A stretch of 64,000 nt of DNA from a virus (Duplodnaviria > Caudoviricetes): IMG/VR virus record IMGVR_UViG_3300024275_000002, positions 982 to 64,981 of that record, one strand, 5' to 3'. Of the stretch, positions 35,528 through 44,303 are shown piece after piece. Each line of letters begins with the position of its first letter. Position 1 is the first letter of the stretch. Under the pieces are notes generated by a model. The model searched no databases. It saw only the letters and a list, made by a program, of their open reading frames with translations, and was not told the origin of the DNA. A program made the translations under genes and the position numbers.

Positions 35528-36565
35528 ATGAGCGACACGACCCCGACCCCCTCGAAGCCGGAAGATGACGAGTTTGCATCGGCGTTCGCCGAAGCAAGCG
35601 GAGCCCCGGCGACCCCGACAGCTGCCGCCGCGCCGGACGCAAACGCGAGCACCGAGGCGTCCCCATCTGCGACGGACGCGCCCGCGACTCCCGACCCGGC
35701 GGCGGCTGTGCCCCCGGAGGGCACCGCCCCAAAGCCTTCGGAAAGCGGCGACCAGCCGGCCGCCGCTGCCGCGCCTGCGGAAGCGAGTTCTGGTACTGCG
35801 GACCAACCTGCCGCGAGCACGGCCCCGGCCGCGACGGTAACGACGACGGCGACTGAAGGTACGCGCACGGTCGACTACGCGGCGCAGCTGGCCGCGCTCA
35901 ACGCGCAGATCGAGGAGCTGAAGCGCTCAGCGGCAGCACCGGCCGCCACGCCGGCTCCCGCTGAAGCACCGCCGCCCCCGCTGTACAGCGACGACGAAAC
36001 GGGCACGCTCAAGAAGTACCGCGAGGAGTGGCCGGACGTGGCCGCAGGCGAAGCGCTCGCGCGGCGCGGCGAGTATCAGCAGATCATCGGCTACATCTTC
36101 GATACGCTGCGCCCGCAGTTCGAGGCGCTGCAGTCGTTCCGCGAAACGCAGTCGACGCGCTCGCAATACCGCGATCTGGTCGAGCTGGTGCCGGATTACG
36201 ACGACGTGCGCGACCAGACGCTGGCGTGGATCGAGTCGCAGCCGGACTACTTGAAGTCGGCGTACCAAGCGGTCGCGAACTCGGGCTCGCCGCAGCAAGT
36301 CGCGGATCTGATCGGGCGCTTCAAGAAGGAAACGGGCTATGTCGCCGCCGCGCCGGCCGTGACCGCGCCGGTTGCCGCAACGCCGGCAGCGCCGGCAGCT
36401 GCTCCCGCCGCGCCTGCTGCGCCGGCCGCGCCGCGCGCCGTTGCTCCTGCTGCAGCTGCTGCCGCCGCGCGCCTGAAGCCGGTCGAGTCGACGCGCAGCA
36501 CGCCGACTGCGCAGCCGGACCCGAACGACTTCGAAGCGGCGTTCAAGGAATTTTCTGCTCTCTAG
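35528..36565 (+). CDS. Capsid scaffolding protein (putative)
   Basis: Ala/Pro-rich and acidic, between portal and MCP; ends DFEAAFKEF. Confidence 0.75.
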   Translation: MSDTTPTPSKPEDDEFASAFAEASGAPATPTAAAAPDANASTEASPSATDAPATPDPAAAVPPEGTAPKPSESGDQPAAAAAPAEASSGTADQPAASTAPAATVTTTATEGTRTVDYAAQLAALNAQIEELKRSAAAPAATPAPAEAPPPPLYSDDETGTLKKYREEWPDVAAGEALARRGEYQQIIGYIFDTLRPQFEALQSFRETQSTRSQYRDLVELVPDYDDVRDQTLAWIESQPDYLKSAYQAVANSGSPQQVADLIGRFKKETGYVAAAPAVTAPVAATPAAPAAAPAAPAAPAAPRAVAPAAAAAAARLKPVESTRSTPTAQPDPNDFEAAFKEFSAL

Positions 36566-36574
36566 GAGTGAGTC

Positions 36575-36820
36575 ATGGCATCGACGATCACGGACACCGC
36601 CATCAATCAGGCGATCCTGAGCAACGAGCAGAAGAAGTTGCTCACGAAGGTGAACGACAGCACGGCTACGATCCAGGACGTCGGGGCCAGCCTGCTGTCG
36701 CTGGACGAGAAGGCAACGCTCGCCGAGCTGGTCGCCGCCACGGCGACTCGCCGCAGCATCAACACGCGCGAGACCAGCCTGCCGTTCAAAGACGTTTGCT
36801 TGAAGATTGCGAACGTGTAA
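36575..36820 (+). CDS. Hypothetical protein
   Basis: RBS AGGAG. Confidence 0.6.
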   Translation: MASTITDTAINQAILSNEQKKLLTKVNDSTATIQDVGASLLSLDEKATLAELVAATATRRSINTRETSLPFKDVCLKIANV

Positions 36821-36873
36821 GCACTGATTTATAGTTTCACCTGATTCGCACTGCGACACACCCAAGCAAGCGG

Positions 36874-36944
36874 GATGTGGCGGCACTGCAAAGGTTAGGA
36901 ATCCAAACCTTTTTGCATCCTGATTTCATAGGAGCCGCCACATC
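36874..36944 (+). promoter_or_regulatory. Structured 5' leader of the major capsid gene
   Basis: Perfect 11-bp complement GATGTGGCGGC (36874-36884) / GCCGCCACATC (36934-36944) enclosing TGCAAAGGTT...AACCTTTTTGCA. Confidence 0.55.
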
Positions 36945-37982
36945 ATGACCAATCTTGTCCACTACGGCGATATCTCGCCCCGGGTTGCCGCATACGCAGT
37001 CTCGCAATTGCTCAAGCGCGGCCTGCCGTTTCTCGTGATCGAGAAGTTCGGCCAGACCTACCCGATCCCGAACAACGCGACGAAGGTCGCAAAGTTCCGT
37101 CGTTACTTCCTCGCTGGCGCGACCGGCGGTGCGGGTGACGGCAACCCGGCAAGCCCGTTCAACACGCCGCTGGCCGTTACGCCGCTGGTCGAAGGTGTGA
37201 CGCCGGCAGGCAAGACGCTGGCGAACCAAGACTACACGGTCACGCTCGTCCAGTACGGCGACTACCTGACGATCACCGACGTCGTGCTCGACACGGCCGA
37301 AGATCAGGTGCTCGCGCAAGCGACCGAAGCGCTGGGCGAATCGGCTGCGCAGACGATCGAGACGATCCGCTTCAACGTGCTGAAGGCCGGCCTGAACGTG
37401 TTCTACGCGAACGGCACGGCGCGCAGCTCGGTGAACGCCGCGATCACGCTGGCGATGCAGCGCAAGGTCACGACCGCGCTGAACCGCCAGAACGCCCGCA
37501 AGCTCACCTCGGTCGTGAAGTCGACCCCGGACTTCCGGACGGAGCCGATCGAAGCCGCGTACATCGCGCTGGTGCACCCGGACCTGGAGTCCGACATCCG
37601 CAACATGAGCGGGTACGTGAACACCAAGCAGTACGGCACCGTCACCCCGTTCGAGAACGAGATCGGCTCGGTCGAGCAGGTCCGCTACCTGTCGTCGACG
37701 GTGTTCGCGCCGTGGGCGGACGCAGGCGGTGCTGCCGGTTCGATGCGCTCGACCACGGGCACGAACGCGGACGTCTATCCGGTCCTGTTCCTGGGCCGCG
37801 ATGCGTACGGCATTGTGCCTCTGAAGGGCAAGGACTCGCTGGTCCCGATGGTGGTCAACCCGAAGCCTGCAGCAGGAGATCCGCTGGCGCAGCGCGGTAC
37901 GGTCGGCTGGAAGGCCATGACGACGGCTGTCATTCTGAATGACGCCTGGATGGCCCGCCTCGAAGTTGCCGCGACGGCTTAA
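36945..37982 (+). CDS. Major capsid protein, N4-gp56 family
   Basis: YGDISPRVAAYA...IEKFGQ...KFRRY...QYGD...EIGSVEQVR...DPLAQRGTVGWK. Confidence 0.92.
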   Translation: MTNLVHYGDISPRVAAYAVSQLLKRGLPFLVIEKFGQTYPIPNNATKVAKFRRYFLAGATGGAGDGNPASPFNTPLAVTPLVEGVTPAGKTLANQDYTVTLVQYGDYLTITDVVLDTAEDQVLAQATEALGESAAQTIETIRFNVLKAGLNVFYANGTARSSVNAAITLAMQRKVTTALNRQNARKLTSVVKSTPDFRTEPIEAAYIALVHPDLESDIRNMSGYVNTKQYGTVTPFENEIGSVEQVRYLSSTVFAPWADAGGAAGSMRSTTGTNADVYPVLFLGRDAYGIVPLKGKDSLVPMVVNPKPAAGDPLAQRGTVGWKAMTTAVILNDAWMARLEVAATA

Positions 37983-38060
37983 CGGGCGTCGGTACATCTG
38001 TACTGACGTATATACGCCCGGCGCGCCGGGCGCTCCGCTTCACAATTTCGGAGTCCTATC

Positions 38061-38429
38061 ATGACCAACCAAGTTGTTACGCAAACCCCCTCGGTGGCCC
38101 CGAACAACTCGGCGGGCATCGTCAACTATTCGTCGGGCGGCTTCTCCACCGACGCGGGCACGGCGGTCGCCTTCTCGCTGAGCATCGGCTTCAAGCCGCG
38201 CAAGTTCCGCCTCATCAACCTGACCGGCGGGGGCAACGGCCCGATCGAGTACGAGTGGCTCGACCAGATGGCGGCGGCCAACTCGCTGACCAAGACGCCG
38301 GGCGCGACGAACACGTTCACGGTCGCGCAGAACACGAGTTCGCTCATCACCGTCACCGACGGTGGCGTGACGCTTGCAGCCGGCGTGATGGCGGCCAGCA
38401 GCGCGTTCGTGTGGGAAGCGTTCGCTTAA
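38061..38429 (+). CDS. Putative virion/decoration protein
   Basis: Directly after MCP; GFKPRKFRLIN. Confidence 0.6.
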   Translation: MTNQVVTQTPSVAPNNSAGIVNYSSGGFSTDAGTAVAFSLSIGFKPRKFRLINLTGGGNGPIEYEWLDQMAAANSLTKTPGATNTFTVAQNTSSLITVTDGGVTLAAGVMAASSAFVWEAFA

Positions 38430-38443
38430 AGCCTTAGCGCTTT

Positions 38444-38479
38444 GACCGGGCGTTTCGTGGGGGATGCCCGGTCTTTTTT
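38444..38479 (+). terminator. Rho-independent terminator
   Basis: GACCGGGC...GCCCGGTC-TTTTTT. Confidence 0.8.
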
Positions 38480-38503
38480 GCCCCACTACAACAAGGATGA
38501 ATC

Positions 38504-38872
38504 ATGAGCGCGAACGAACTCGACGACGGCTTCCCCGACAACATCACCGGTGGCGGCACCGACCTCTTGCCGGCGCGGCCGGCGAAGCGTGAAAAGGCTG
38601 CCGCGAAGAAGGCAGAAGCGACCGAGGAGCGCGTTCGCATCATGCTGGAGGACAACGACCAGATCGGTCCTGCCGGCCAATTCATCCAGGTCAACGGTCG
38701 CAGCTTCCAGCTGCAGGCCGGTGTCGAGGCTGACGTGCCGCGCTGCGTGCTCGATGTGCTCGATCACGCGGTGATGGGCGTGCCGATCAAGAACGCAAGC
38801 GATCAGGTGATCGGCTTCCGCGAGCGTCTGCGCTTCCCCTACCGTGTCATCACGGAACACCGCAAGGCGTAA
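38504..38872 (+). CDS. Conserved phage protein
   Basis: FIQVNGRSFQL..GVE..VP..V..VL..AV...R.PY. Confidence 0.7.
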   Translation: MSANELDDGFPDNITGGGTDLLPARPAKREKAAAKKAEATEERVRIMLEDNDQIGPAGQFIQVNGRSFQLQAGVEADVPRCVLDVLDHAVMGVPIKNASDQVIGFRERLRFPYRVITEHRKA

Positions 38873-38875
38873 GCC

Positions 38876-39649
38876 ATGAACCTCGGCGATCAACTCGATG
38901 AACTGCGCGACAACATCCTGCGAGACACCAGCGATCTGATCGGTGGTCCGCAGGACGACCTGTGGTCGGATGCAACGTTGCTGCGGTACATCGAGGACGC
39001 CGAGCGGCGCTTCGCGCGCCAGACCCTCATCATTCGCGACGCGACCACCCCGGCTTGTACGCAGGTCGTGTTGCAAACCGGCGTGTCGATGTATCCGCTG
39101 CACCCGAGCGTGCTCGCGGTCATCAGCGCGAATTACACGCCGGCCGGCGGCCAGCAGTACGACTTGTACCGCTCCGGCCACGCACTCGTCGCGCAGACCG
39201 TGCCGCTCGAAGCGCTGCAGTTCGACCCGACGAATCCGTACAGCTCGGCGCTGCCGCCGGGCGCGCCGCTCGCCTACTTCACTGACGAGACGCTGGTGTA
39301 CGCGCAGCAGTCGCGCGTGACGCTCACCGTCTACCCTGCCCCGTCCGACACGCAGAACGGTACGATCGTGCCGATGCGCGTGATCCGCCTGCCGATGTGC
39401 GGCTACGGCCAGAAAGACCTGGGCCGCGAGTCCGAGATCCCGAAGGATTACCAGCTCGACGTGCTGGAGTGGGCCGCGTACCGCGCGCAGCGCAACTGGG
39501 ACGGCGACGGCGGTGCTCCGACGAGCGCGGCGCAGCACAAGCAGGCGTTCGACGATGCCGTGACGCAGGCCGAGAAGGAAACGAAGCGCAAGATGTTCGC
39601 GAACACCGCGATCCGCTACGGTGCGAATGGATTCTCGTGGACACGCTAA
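38876..39649 (+). CDS. Head-tail adaptor / tail tubular protein (putative)
   Basis: LRDNILRD...LWSDATLLRYI; position after head genes. Confidence 0.65.
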   Translation: MNLGDQLDELRDNILRDTSDLIGGPQDDLWSDATLLRYIEDAERRFARQTLIIRDATTPACTQVVLQTGVSMYPLHPSVLAVISANYTPAGGQQYDLYRSGHALVAQTVPLEALQFDPTNPYSSALPPGAPLAYFTDETLVYAQQSRVTLTVYPAPSDTQNGTIVPMRVIRLPMCGYGQKDLGRESEIPKDYQLDVLEWAAYRAQRNWDGDGGAPTSAAQHKQAFDDAVTQAEKETKRKMFANTAIRYGANGFSWTR

Positions 39650-39658
39650 GGGGGCGGC

Positions 39659-40897
39659 ATGGCCGAAAACCAGACCCAGCAGCGTGACCCGGATGTCGTC
39701 ACATACAGCGCCTTTTCCGGCCTGCGTAACGACATCGCGCCCGAGCGCTTTTCGCCGTCAGACCTGACGATCGGCAACAACGTCGATCTCGACAAGAGCG
39801 GGTATCTCGCGCGGCGCGCGGGCTACACCCGCCAGTGGTCGGGAGCGGCGCACTCGCTCTGGTCCGATCCGACCGGCACGCTGTGCTTCTTCGTCACGAA
39901 TGGACAGCTCACGCAGCTGAACGCCGATTACACGACGCGCGGGCTGGCGACGGTCGCCAATCTGCCGATGAGCTTCATGCGTGTGAACGATCGCGTGTAT
40001 TTCAGCAACGGCCTGAACACGGGCGTGATCGAGAATGGCGCGGTGCGTAGCTGGGGGCTCCCGGTGCCGTCGCTCCCGAACATCGTGACCACGGTCGGCC
40101 AGATGCCGGCGGGCACGTACCTGTTCACGTGCACGTACATGCGTGGCGACGGCCAGGAATCCGGTGCGCCGCTCGCGGGCTCGTTCACGGTGCCGGACGG
40201 CAGCGGCGTGATCTTCACGTTCACCGCGCCCACCGACCCGGCCGTCGCGTTCACGCAGATCTACCTGTCGACGCCGAACGGCGAAGTCATGTACTGGGTC
40301 GGGATGCTCCCGGCCGGCACCACGTCGTTCACGTACACGGACAGCACGGGTCCGATGGATCTGCCGCTGAACACCCAGTTCCTCGGGCCGGCCCCGGCCG
40401 GGCAGCTCGTTGCTTACTATCGCGGCATGACGTTCGTCGCGGCGGGCGACACGCTCTACCCATCCGAGCCGTTCGCTCACGAGCTGTTCGATCTGCGCAA
40501 GTACATCTCGCTCGATGGCCGGATCACGATGATCGCGCCGCTCACCGACCGCGAGATGTACGAGACCGGCAAGAACAGCGGCCTTTTCATCGGCACCGAT
40601 CGCTCGTGCGGAGTGCTGGTGGGCTCCGGCCCGGGTGAGTTTCAGTACGTGCCGAAGGCGAATTACGGTGCGGTGGAAGGTGCGCTGACGTTCGTCGACG
40701 GATCGGTGTTCGGAGATGACTCGCAGGGCATGCGCGAGCTGCCGATGTGGCTGACGACCCAAGGAATTTGCGTCGGGCTGCCCGAGATGGTCGTGCGCAA
40801 CCTGACGCGCACCAAGTACCAGTTTGCTGTCACCGGTCGCGGAGCAGCACTGTTTATGCCCGGCCCTAACCGGCTTATTTTTTCGGACAATCTCTAA
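39659..40897 (+). CDS. Tail/nozzle structural protein (putative)
   Basis: FSGLRN...NVDLDKSG...RR.G; beta-rich. Confidence 0.6.
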   Translation: MAENQTQQRDPDVVTYSAFSGLRNDIAPERFSPSDLTIGNNVDLDKSGYLARRAGYTRQWSGAAHSLWSDPTGTLCFFVTNGQLTQLNADYTTRGLATVANLPMSFMRVNDRVYFSNGLNTGVIENGAVRSWGLPVPSLPNIVTTVGQMPAGTYLFTCTYMRGDGQESGAPLAGSFTVPDGSGVIFTFTAPTDPAVAFTQIYLSTPNGEVMYWVGMLPAGTTSFTYTDSTGPMDLPLNTQFLGPAPAGQLVAYYRGMTFVAAGDTLYPSEPFAHELFDLRKYISLDGRITMIAPLTDREMYETGKNSGLFIGTDRSCGVLVGSGPGEFQYVPKANYGAVEGALTFVDGSVFGDDSQGMRELPMWLTTQGICVGLPEMVVRNLTRTKYQFAVTGRGAALFMPGPNRLIFSDNL

Positions 40898-40909
40898 GGA
40901 GAACGAATC

Positions 40910-41683
40910 ATGACGATGCGGCTCTCGACCGGTCTGCGCAACTACCTCGCCAAGCAAGGCGGGATTGCGGAAGCGCTGAACAACGGCATCATTGAAATCT
41001 ACTCGGGTGCGCAGCCGGCTACGCCGGACGCCGCGCCCACGGGCACCCTGCTCTGCACGATCTCGTCGGGCTCGGGTGCGGTGACGTCGGAAGTCGTCGC
41101 CACCGGCACGCTGACTCTCACGGGTGGCGCGGCCGGCTCGGTCAACACGCTGACCGTCAACGGCATCGACATCCTCGGCGGGGCCGTCAACTTCGATGCG
41201 ACGCTGGGCCAGACGGCGGCCGACATCGCGGCGCAGATCAACCGCTTCACCGGTAACGTCGACTACACCGCGACGGCCAGCGGCGCGGTCGTGACGATCA
41301 GCGCGCTCCCGGGCACGGGCACGAGCCCGAACGGCTTCGTGGTTGCGGCCACGTCGACGACGATCACCACCAGCACGGTCAACATGGCAGGTGGCGTGGC
41401 TGCGGTGAACGGCCTGAAGTTCGATAACGTCTCGGCCGGCGCGCTGCCGAAGCTCAGCTCGCAGGTGTGGTCGGGCGTCAACGGAGCCACGGGCACCGCC
41501 GGCTGGTTCCGCCAGTACGGTTCGGTCGCCGACTCGAAGGCGCTCGACTCGGTGGGCGTTGCGCTGCGCATGGATGGCGCGATCGGTACGAGCGGTGCGG
41601 AGATGAACCTGAACAGCACGGCGTTCGTCTCGGGCGCGACCACCACGATCGCGTCGTGGTCGATGACGGTGCCGGGTCAGTAA
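40910..41683 (+). CDS. Virion structural protein
   Basis: MRLSTGLRN...IEIYSGAQPATPD...GTAGWFR...DGAIG. Confidence 0.65.
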   Translation: MTMRLSTGLRNYLAKQGGIAEALNNGIIEIYSGAQPATPDAAPTGTLLCTISSGSGAVTSEVVATGTLTLTGGAAGSVNTLTVNGIDILGGAVNFDATLGQTAADIAAQINRFTGNVDYTATASGAVVTISALPGTGTSPNGFVVAATSTTITTSTVNMAGGVAAVNGLKFDNVSAGALPKLSSQVWSGVNGATGTAGWFRQYGSVADSKALDSVGVALRMDGAIGTSGAEMNLNSTAFVSGATTTIASWSMTVPGQ

Positions 41684-41694
41684 GGAGCTGATCC

Positions 41695-42915
41695 GTGGCC
41701 AACCTCACGCTTAACGTAAGCGGGGTCTCGTCACAAGGCGTCGCCGGCTCGCTCATCATGCCGGTGTTCGCGATGGCGCTCCCGGTGCCCACGCTGTCGA
41801 TCAGCGGCCAGGGTGCGATTCCGCTCGTCAACGTGGGGTTGCCCGCGCCGCAGCTCGCGGCGACAGGTGCGCAAGGGGCGATTGCGAGCGTCGCGCTCAC
41901 GCTGCCGATGCCGATCCTGCAGACGCCGGGGGTCTCGCTGGCGTTGCCGATGCCGCGCCTCGCCGCGAGCGCGATCGTCGGGCCGGTTGCCACGGTGGCG
42001 CTCACGCTGCCTTCGCCGGTCCTCGCGATCAACGCGCCGAACGCGGCGCGGCTGACGCTGCCCACGCCGCAGCTCGCGGCTTCGGGTTCGACGGGGGCCG
42101 TGGCGAGCGTCGCGCTGGCGCTGCCGAGTGCCCAGCTGGTGAGCGCGGGGGACGTGCCGTACACGGCGAGCGTCGCGCTGGCGCTTCCGGTGCCCACGAT
42201 CGAGATCGACGCGAAGGCGGCCGGCCTCGCCGCGTCGACGATGTACCTCGGGCGGCTGGCGCTCGCCGCGCAAGGTGTGACGGGCACGATCGGCTCGGTG
42301 GCCGTGGTGCTGCCGGTGGTGCATATCAGCGCCTCGGGCTATCAGGCGACGGTCGGCAGCGTTGCGCTGCGGTTGCCGGCGTTGCAGCTCATGACGATCG
42401 GTGGCAATGCCAGCTCCGGGACGGGCACCGGCACGAGCGCCGCGAACACGGTCGTGATGCACTCGGAGTCGCAGGCGCTGTCGACCTACTCCAACTTCCC
42501 CTTCAATTCGTACGCTGCCTTCAACGGCGTGTTCCTCGCGGCGGACGGCAACGGGATCTTCGCGCTGACCGGCGACACCGACGATGGCACGCTGATTCAG
42601 GCGAACGCGCGCGTGGGCATCACCGACTTCAACACGTCGCACCTGAAGCGCGTCGATCGAATCTACGTCGGCTACCAGACGACCGGCGATCTGGTGCTGA
42701 AGATCTTCACGGACGGCGGGGTCGAGCGTGATTACGCGTTGCGCTCGAACCAGTTCCCGGGTCTGCACAGCAACGCCGCGCGCCTCGGCAAGGGGCTCAT
42801 CAGCCGATACTGGCAATTCGAGATCGCGAACGTGAACGGCGCGAACTTCACGCTCAACGAGCTGGAGCTGAAACCGATCGTCCTGAGCCGCCGCGTAGGT
42901 GGCCCGGATGCGTGA
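41695..42915 (+). CDS. Repetitive virion protein
   Basis: GTG start; repeated (S/T)VAL(T/A)LPxPxL units and a globular C-terminus. Confidence 0.65.
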   Translation: MANLTLNVSGVSSQGVAGSLIMPVFAMALPVPTLSISGQGAIPLVNVGLPAPQLAATGAQGAIASVALTLPMPILQTPGVSLALPMPRLAASAIVGPVATVALTLPSPVLAINAPNAARLTLPTPQLAASGSTGAVASVALALPSAQLVSAGDVPYTASVALALPVPTIEIDAKAAGLAASTMYLGRLALAAQGVTGTIGSVAVVLPVVHISASGYQATVGSVALRLPALQLMTIGGNASSGTGTGTSAANTVVMHSESQALSTYSNFPFNSYAAFNGVFLAADGNGIFALTGDTDDGTLIQANARVGITDFNTSHLKRVDRIYVGYQTTGDLVLKIFTDGGVERDYALRSNQFPGLHSNAARLGKGLISRYWQFEIANVNGANFTLNELELKPIVLSRRVGGPDA

Positions 42916-44209
42916 GGTCGGCGAGATCCGCAAGACGCTGGGCGAAGATCCGGCCGGCTCGGCTCCGTACATCGGCACCGCGCGCACGCTCCTCGGTGTG
43001 CTGAAGAACCAGATGGCGCTGGGCGGCCTGTCGCAGGGAACTCGCACCGTCCGGCTGCCGAACGGCGTGACGATTACCGTCGAGTCGCGGTTTGGCCAGG
43101 ACGCGGTGCGCATCGTGCCGCCGCCGGGCGTCTCGGTGCATGTTGACGTCCAGCTGCCGCCCGGCGCTGCGCCGATTGCTCCTGAGCCGCTGGAGTCCAG
43201 CGTCTCGTACCCGTGGTCGCCCTCGCACGTGTGTGTCGGTGGCGCATTCAACAACACGGTCGGGCTCACCGGGATTTACTGGCCGACTGAGAAAGTCGCG
43301 CCGATCGACGTGGGCGCGTCGTTCGGGAACTCGGACATCGGCCAGTACCTGACATCGGTGACGGCGGACGGGCATTTTGCCGTGGGCTGGCAAGGCAACA
43401 ACGGCGTCAGCTACACGCGCAGTGGCGGGCTGCGGGATATTCCGATTCCGGGCGTCGACAACGACCCGAACGGCAGTGGCAACTCTACGGCAGCGTCCGT
43501 CTCCTACGATGGGGGCAAGGTTGGCATCGCGGCCGTATCGCGCACCGGGGCGTTCTCGCTCGGCTACGTGTGGTTCCCGAAAACCGGTGCTGTTCAAGCG
43601 CTGCAGCAAATTTCGGTGGCGACGCAGTTTGCCTCTGAAACGGTCGTCATGTCGGGGAACGGCAAATTCGCGGCCGGGCGTGGCCCCCATGGTGCGATCG
43701 AGGCGGCGGTGATCGTCGACGTGACGACCGGCGCGACGGTCAAGGTGATCGACAACGCGAAAATCCTCGCGCTCGATTACGCTGGCACGACCGCCGTGGG
43801 CTGCATCAACTGGGGCCAGTCGAACTCGCAGGCGATGATCTGGACGCCGCAAACGACGATCTCGCTGGGGCAAGGCCAAGCCGAGGGCATCAGCGCGGAC
43901 GGCACCGTGGTGTGCGGGACGCTCGGCTACCAGTGGACGAGCAACGGCTTCATCTGGACGAAGAAAGGCGTCATCGGGCTCGGCGCGCTGACCGCCGCGC
44001 ACTGTGTGTCGCCCTGCGGCACCACGATCGGGGGCGCGAACGCGTCGGCTCCGGTGGTGTGGGACATCCACGGCAAGCCGACCGTGCTTGCCCTCCCCGC
44101 CGGGTCGTATATCTATCGCCCGGATATGCACGGTGTGCTGGGGCTCGCGCAGCGCGCGCCGCTCGCGTGGCTGGGCCAGGGTGACACGACGCTGACGTTC
44201 TCCGGCTGA
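42908..44209 (+). CDS. Tail protein with HAF-repeat-like beta-propeller
   Basis: Repeats SVTADGHFAVG, SVSYDGGKVG, MSGNGKFAAG, GISADGTVVCG, CVSPCGTTIGG. Confidence 0.6.
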   Translation: MREVGEIRKTLGEDPAGSAPYIGTARTLLGVLKNQMALGGLSQGTRTVRLPNGVTITVESRFGQDAVRIVPPPGVSVHVDVQLPPGAAPIAPEPLESSVSYPWSPSHVCVGGAFNNTVGLTGIYWPTEKVAPIDVGASFGNSDIGQYLTSVTADGHFAVGWQGNNGVSYTRSGGLRDIPIPGVDNDPNGSGNSTAASVSYDGGKVGIAAVSRTGAFSLGYVWFPKTGAVQALQQISVATQFASETVVMSGNGKFAAGRGPHGAIEAAVIVDVTTGATVKVIDNAKILALDYAGTTAVGCINWGQSNSQAMIWTPQTTISLGQGQAEGISADGTVVCGTLGYQWTSNGFIWTKKGVIGLGALTAAHCVSPCGTTIGGANASAPVVWDIHGKPTVLALPAGSYIYRPDMHGVLGLAQRAPLAWLGQGDTTLTFSG

Positions 44210-44247
44210 CCCCTACCACAATTCCGGCTGTTTTCATCCCTGTGAAT

Positions 44248-44276
44248 TAGACAGGATTCCTAACTAGATATAGACT
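44248..44276 (+). promoter_or_regulatory. sigma70-like promoter
   Basis: TAGACA-N17-TAGACT, with CCTAACTAG in the spacer. Confidence 0.5.
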
Positions 44277-44303
44277 TCGCGTAGTCACCCACGGGGCCAT
44301 GCG

